Assembly: GCA_036172245.1 (NCBI GenBank)
Contig: JAYWIR010000064.1
Span: forward strand, 434,001 to 498,000
Direction: 5' to 3'
From: Raillietiella orientalis
Taxonomy: Eukaryota
Length of the DNA: 64,000 nt
How positions within the stretch are numbered: the stretch's first letter is position 1; each line of letters opens with the position of its first letter. This document shows positions 59,081 to 64,000 of the stretch, piece after piece. The notes beneath the pieces were generated by a model. That model saw only the letters and a program-made list of their open reading frames with translations. It searched no databases and was not told the origin of the DNA. The position numbers and the translations under genes were made by a program.

Positions 59081-61690
59081 GACTGCCAATTTTGAAGATG
59101 AAACAATGGAATCGATTGAATTCCGAATTTGGTTTGATAGGATCAGCAAAATGTCAGAGCCTCTACTCTGAGTCTGCAGACCTGAAAAATGGATACTGCG
59201 TGTGAAAAATGAAAAACGGATATTTCGCACACATTACATATGGTTGCGACATATATCGCATATCATTACGATAAGCTTACAGCAAGGGCAGGCTCGAAGT
59301 CTGTCCGAAAGCACAGGGCAGTCAGATGATTTTGCGACCCTTTGTGCATTTCGTAATGTTTTGCTTACTTTTTCTTTCCCGTGCTAAATAAAATATCTGA
59401 CGGTGCGTTCGCAGTGATTTTTTATCTCCTATCTGAGAAAACAAAATGAATCATTGCAGACCTCTCATTCCATAGCAAGAGAATGCTAAAGAAAAGAGAA
59501 AAAAAACTGCTTTGCAAGAAATGGCTCCTTGAGGAACAGTTCCTATGCAATTTCCCGTGTAATTAGAAACACTAGGCAATCAGTGAGATGGCACGAAGAG
59601 ATTCTGCTCTCTCTGGTGATTCATTTTGCCTCTTTTTTTAGATTCGACTTTTTCCGGTTTCCCTCTTTCCACACCGTTTTTTCGTTTCGTTTTTTTTTTT
59701 TTTTTTTTTCCTCCTAAGGAATTTATCTGAAGCTCTGAATGAAATATTTCCATGACTGAGGAATTTCGTGTGGATAGGGAGACACGGATGGAAAGAGGAA
59801 ACCATCGGCTCAGAATACGTGTGTGGAAGAAAATATTAACAACGAGATGGACAGATAAAAAAGCCTGGAAAGTGTAATTTTTCCTCTGTGGTTTCGTTTA
59901 TCGAAACGACGGAAACAAAAGAAGGGTCAGCGAATGAGCGTTAGTCAGTGAAAGTCCTGGAAAAAAGTGCCATCGATAAGCGAGCATTTCCAACCCTTCA
60001 GCGAATATTCGCCGCCTTGCATGCATGCATCACTTCAGGGATGCCTCGTGCCTTTTTTTTTTTTTTTTTTTTTCCCCCTTTTTTTCTTTTCATGCCGAAA
60101 ACTGTGGTCGTCATTTCTTCCAACTCGAACGGAGGGGCCACCGGGCAGGAGAACTCTCTGCCCGGAGATGGTCAGGGAAGTCGACTTTCGCGTTTCCCCG
60201 GCGACGGTCGCTTCCCTCGCGTCTTCCCGTGCTTGTCGACGGACAGACCGCTTCGTCGACAGGCTCCTCCTTAATGCACGCCGACAGACCGAAGTAGAGC
60301 AAACATCGGGCGGCAAGGGAAGACAACCACCACCGGGGGGGGGGAATGTACACGGAGTCGCCGCCGGCCGAGATGCTTGGATTGTACGCGCGGCAAGTAC
60401 GCACTTTGCGCCACCGTACTTGCTTGCGGTAACGGCCGGGCAAAAATCGCGTCACGTGATTTTTTTTTTTTTAACAAGATTCACTTGGAGAGACACACAG
60501 GACGCTGCAGATCAATAGACCGTCAGATGGGCTCGTAATCGATGGTTATCTTTATTTCAGAATGGCACACATGGAAACGCCGCAAGCCCTGCCGTCACAG
60601 TCAACCCCATCGAAACGCTGCACCGAGCTCTTTGTGCTCGGGAAGAACGAACCCGACTTCACTATTTTTACTGCGAGGGAACGGGTTGCCGGGATGTTCA
60701 CCTGCCTGAAGCCTGAAAAGTCCCCCCCCCCCCCCGGAGATCACACACCTCTACGAGTGCAGGAAAGCAAGGAAGGGCCACCCCCCCCCGCCCCTTCCCC
60801 CCGATTTTTCAGACGGAACTTTTCGAGGACGAGGAGGAGGAGGAGGAGGAGGTTGCCGCCTCGTAACGTGCTAGCAAACGTGTAGGCACAGAACATGTAA
60901 AGTGTTGTACTTTTTGCCTTGCGAGGGTCAACGACCTCCACACTTCCCGCTAGTACACGGTTGCGGAATAGGGAAGCATATCGTTTTCTCAGTGTATTTT
61001 TGTAATTTGGATATTCCACGTGACCGGCGACCGTCTGGCCATACACGAGAAGAGGAGGAGTCGATTCCTTCTTGCATTGCGCAACAGAGCTCAGCTGTAC
61101 GCTTGCAGGAAGTTACACGTAGATTTTTGCCTACAATTGCAGATGTACCATATGCAGTGTGCACAAAAATGGTCGTCTGCATGCCTATGCTCGGCAACGG
61201 CGACCCGGAGGGAGGAGAGAGAGACATCCGAGGATCTGCGAAACCGTCGGGAGATGCCATCTACGCTAAAGTATGCGATGTTTTTCACCTGCTTCCGATT
61301 CACTCCACGCTTTGGAAATTGGTTGCTATGTAAAGTGAATGACACTGACGTCATCATCATATGATCGGAGTTCTGAGAATGGAATTTGGCTCTATATCAA
61401 GTCTAATAGTTCCAGCTGATCTGCAGTGCGGTGTGGTTGTCGGTTCATATTTCCAAATGGAGTTCCTCGCTTCCCACCGACGAGCAGGAACGAAGCTGTG
61501 TGGAAAAAGATTGGGGATTTTTCCCGAAGGGAAGGACGATAAGCAGCATTTATATTATCTACAGTTGTGTTATTTGTTGCAGCTACGGAACGGCATGCAG
61601 AGGGGCCTGCGGTGCAGAACTTTGCAAAAAGTAAGTGGAACAAATGCTACTCGGTTACTTTAATGCCGTGGTTTTTTTTTTTTATTCTTT

Positions 61691-61778
61691 GCTCCACTGC
61701 TTCGCGTGCTGCTTCGGTGCTTATGTCTGTGTTATATAATCAGTCAGGTACCTGAAGTAGCGCGCGGAGCTTTTGAGT
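61691..61778 (+). ncRNA. mir-275: pre-miR-275; mature 3p TCAGGTACCTGAAGTAGCGCGCG at 61744-61766
   Basis: Matches the known arthropod mature miR-275 sequence. The 5' arm CGCGTGCTGCTTCGGTGCTT pairs with it. Confidence 0.97.
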
Positions 61779-61871
61779 ACGAACTGCGATTACCACATTA
61801 TTGTGCGACCACGCCCATTTGTTAAATATGTAGATTTTTGGAAGTGCCACACCCAGTACTTTTTATGCATC

Positions 61872-61960
61872 TGCCCTTTTTATATTAATTGTACTTCATC
61901 AGGTGCTCTGGATTCAGATAAAACCCAGGCATTTGTCGGAGTACAACTGATAAAAGGGTG
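61872..61960 (+). ncRNA. mir-305: pre-miR-305; mature 5p ATTGTACTTCATCAGGTGCTCTG at 61888-61910
   Basis: Matches the known mature miR-305. 3' arm GGCATTTGTCGGAGTACAA; basal stem TGCCCTTTT/AAAAGGGTG. Canonical clustering after miR-275, with AATAAA at 61972. Confidence 0.97.
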
Positions 61961-62008
61961 TCCGTTTGTTCAATAAAACGAAACATTTCCATGGCTAATA
62001 ATATGTAT

Positions 62009-64000
<1,992 letters not shown>

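Overview
Eukaryotic, AT-rich arthropod genomic DNA, most likely a chelicerate. This is inferred from the miR-275/miR-305 cluster and from a mitochondrial insert carrying a T-armless tRNA-Val and a V-L1-rrnS gene order. Compact, CpG-poor housekeeping genes with mostly 39-60 nt introns (GLMN, COQ9, a Bub1/BubR1-type MadBub kinase, STX5, RPS19, KAT7/chameau) alternate with CpG-rich stretches full of decayed non-LTR retrotransposons. Most notable: (1) an unexplained ~830-nt densely base-paired RNA-like element at ~14.04-14.87 kb; (2) a MadBub gene whose N-terminal TPR domain is tandemly duplicated with matching intron positions; (3) a NUMT (trnV-trnL1-12S) with a derived gene order, inserted inside a LINE; (4) miR-275/miR-305 tail-to-tail with KAT7; (5) an intronless GLMN CDS that may share a promoter with COQ9. 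Exon boundaries were read by eye from GT/AG sites and frame continuity. No database search or folding software was run.
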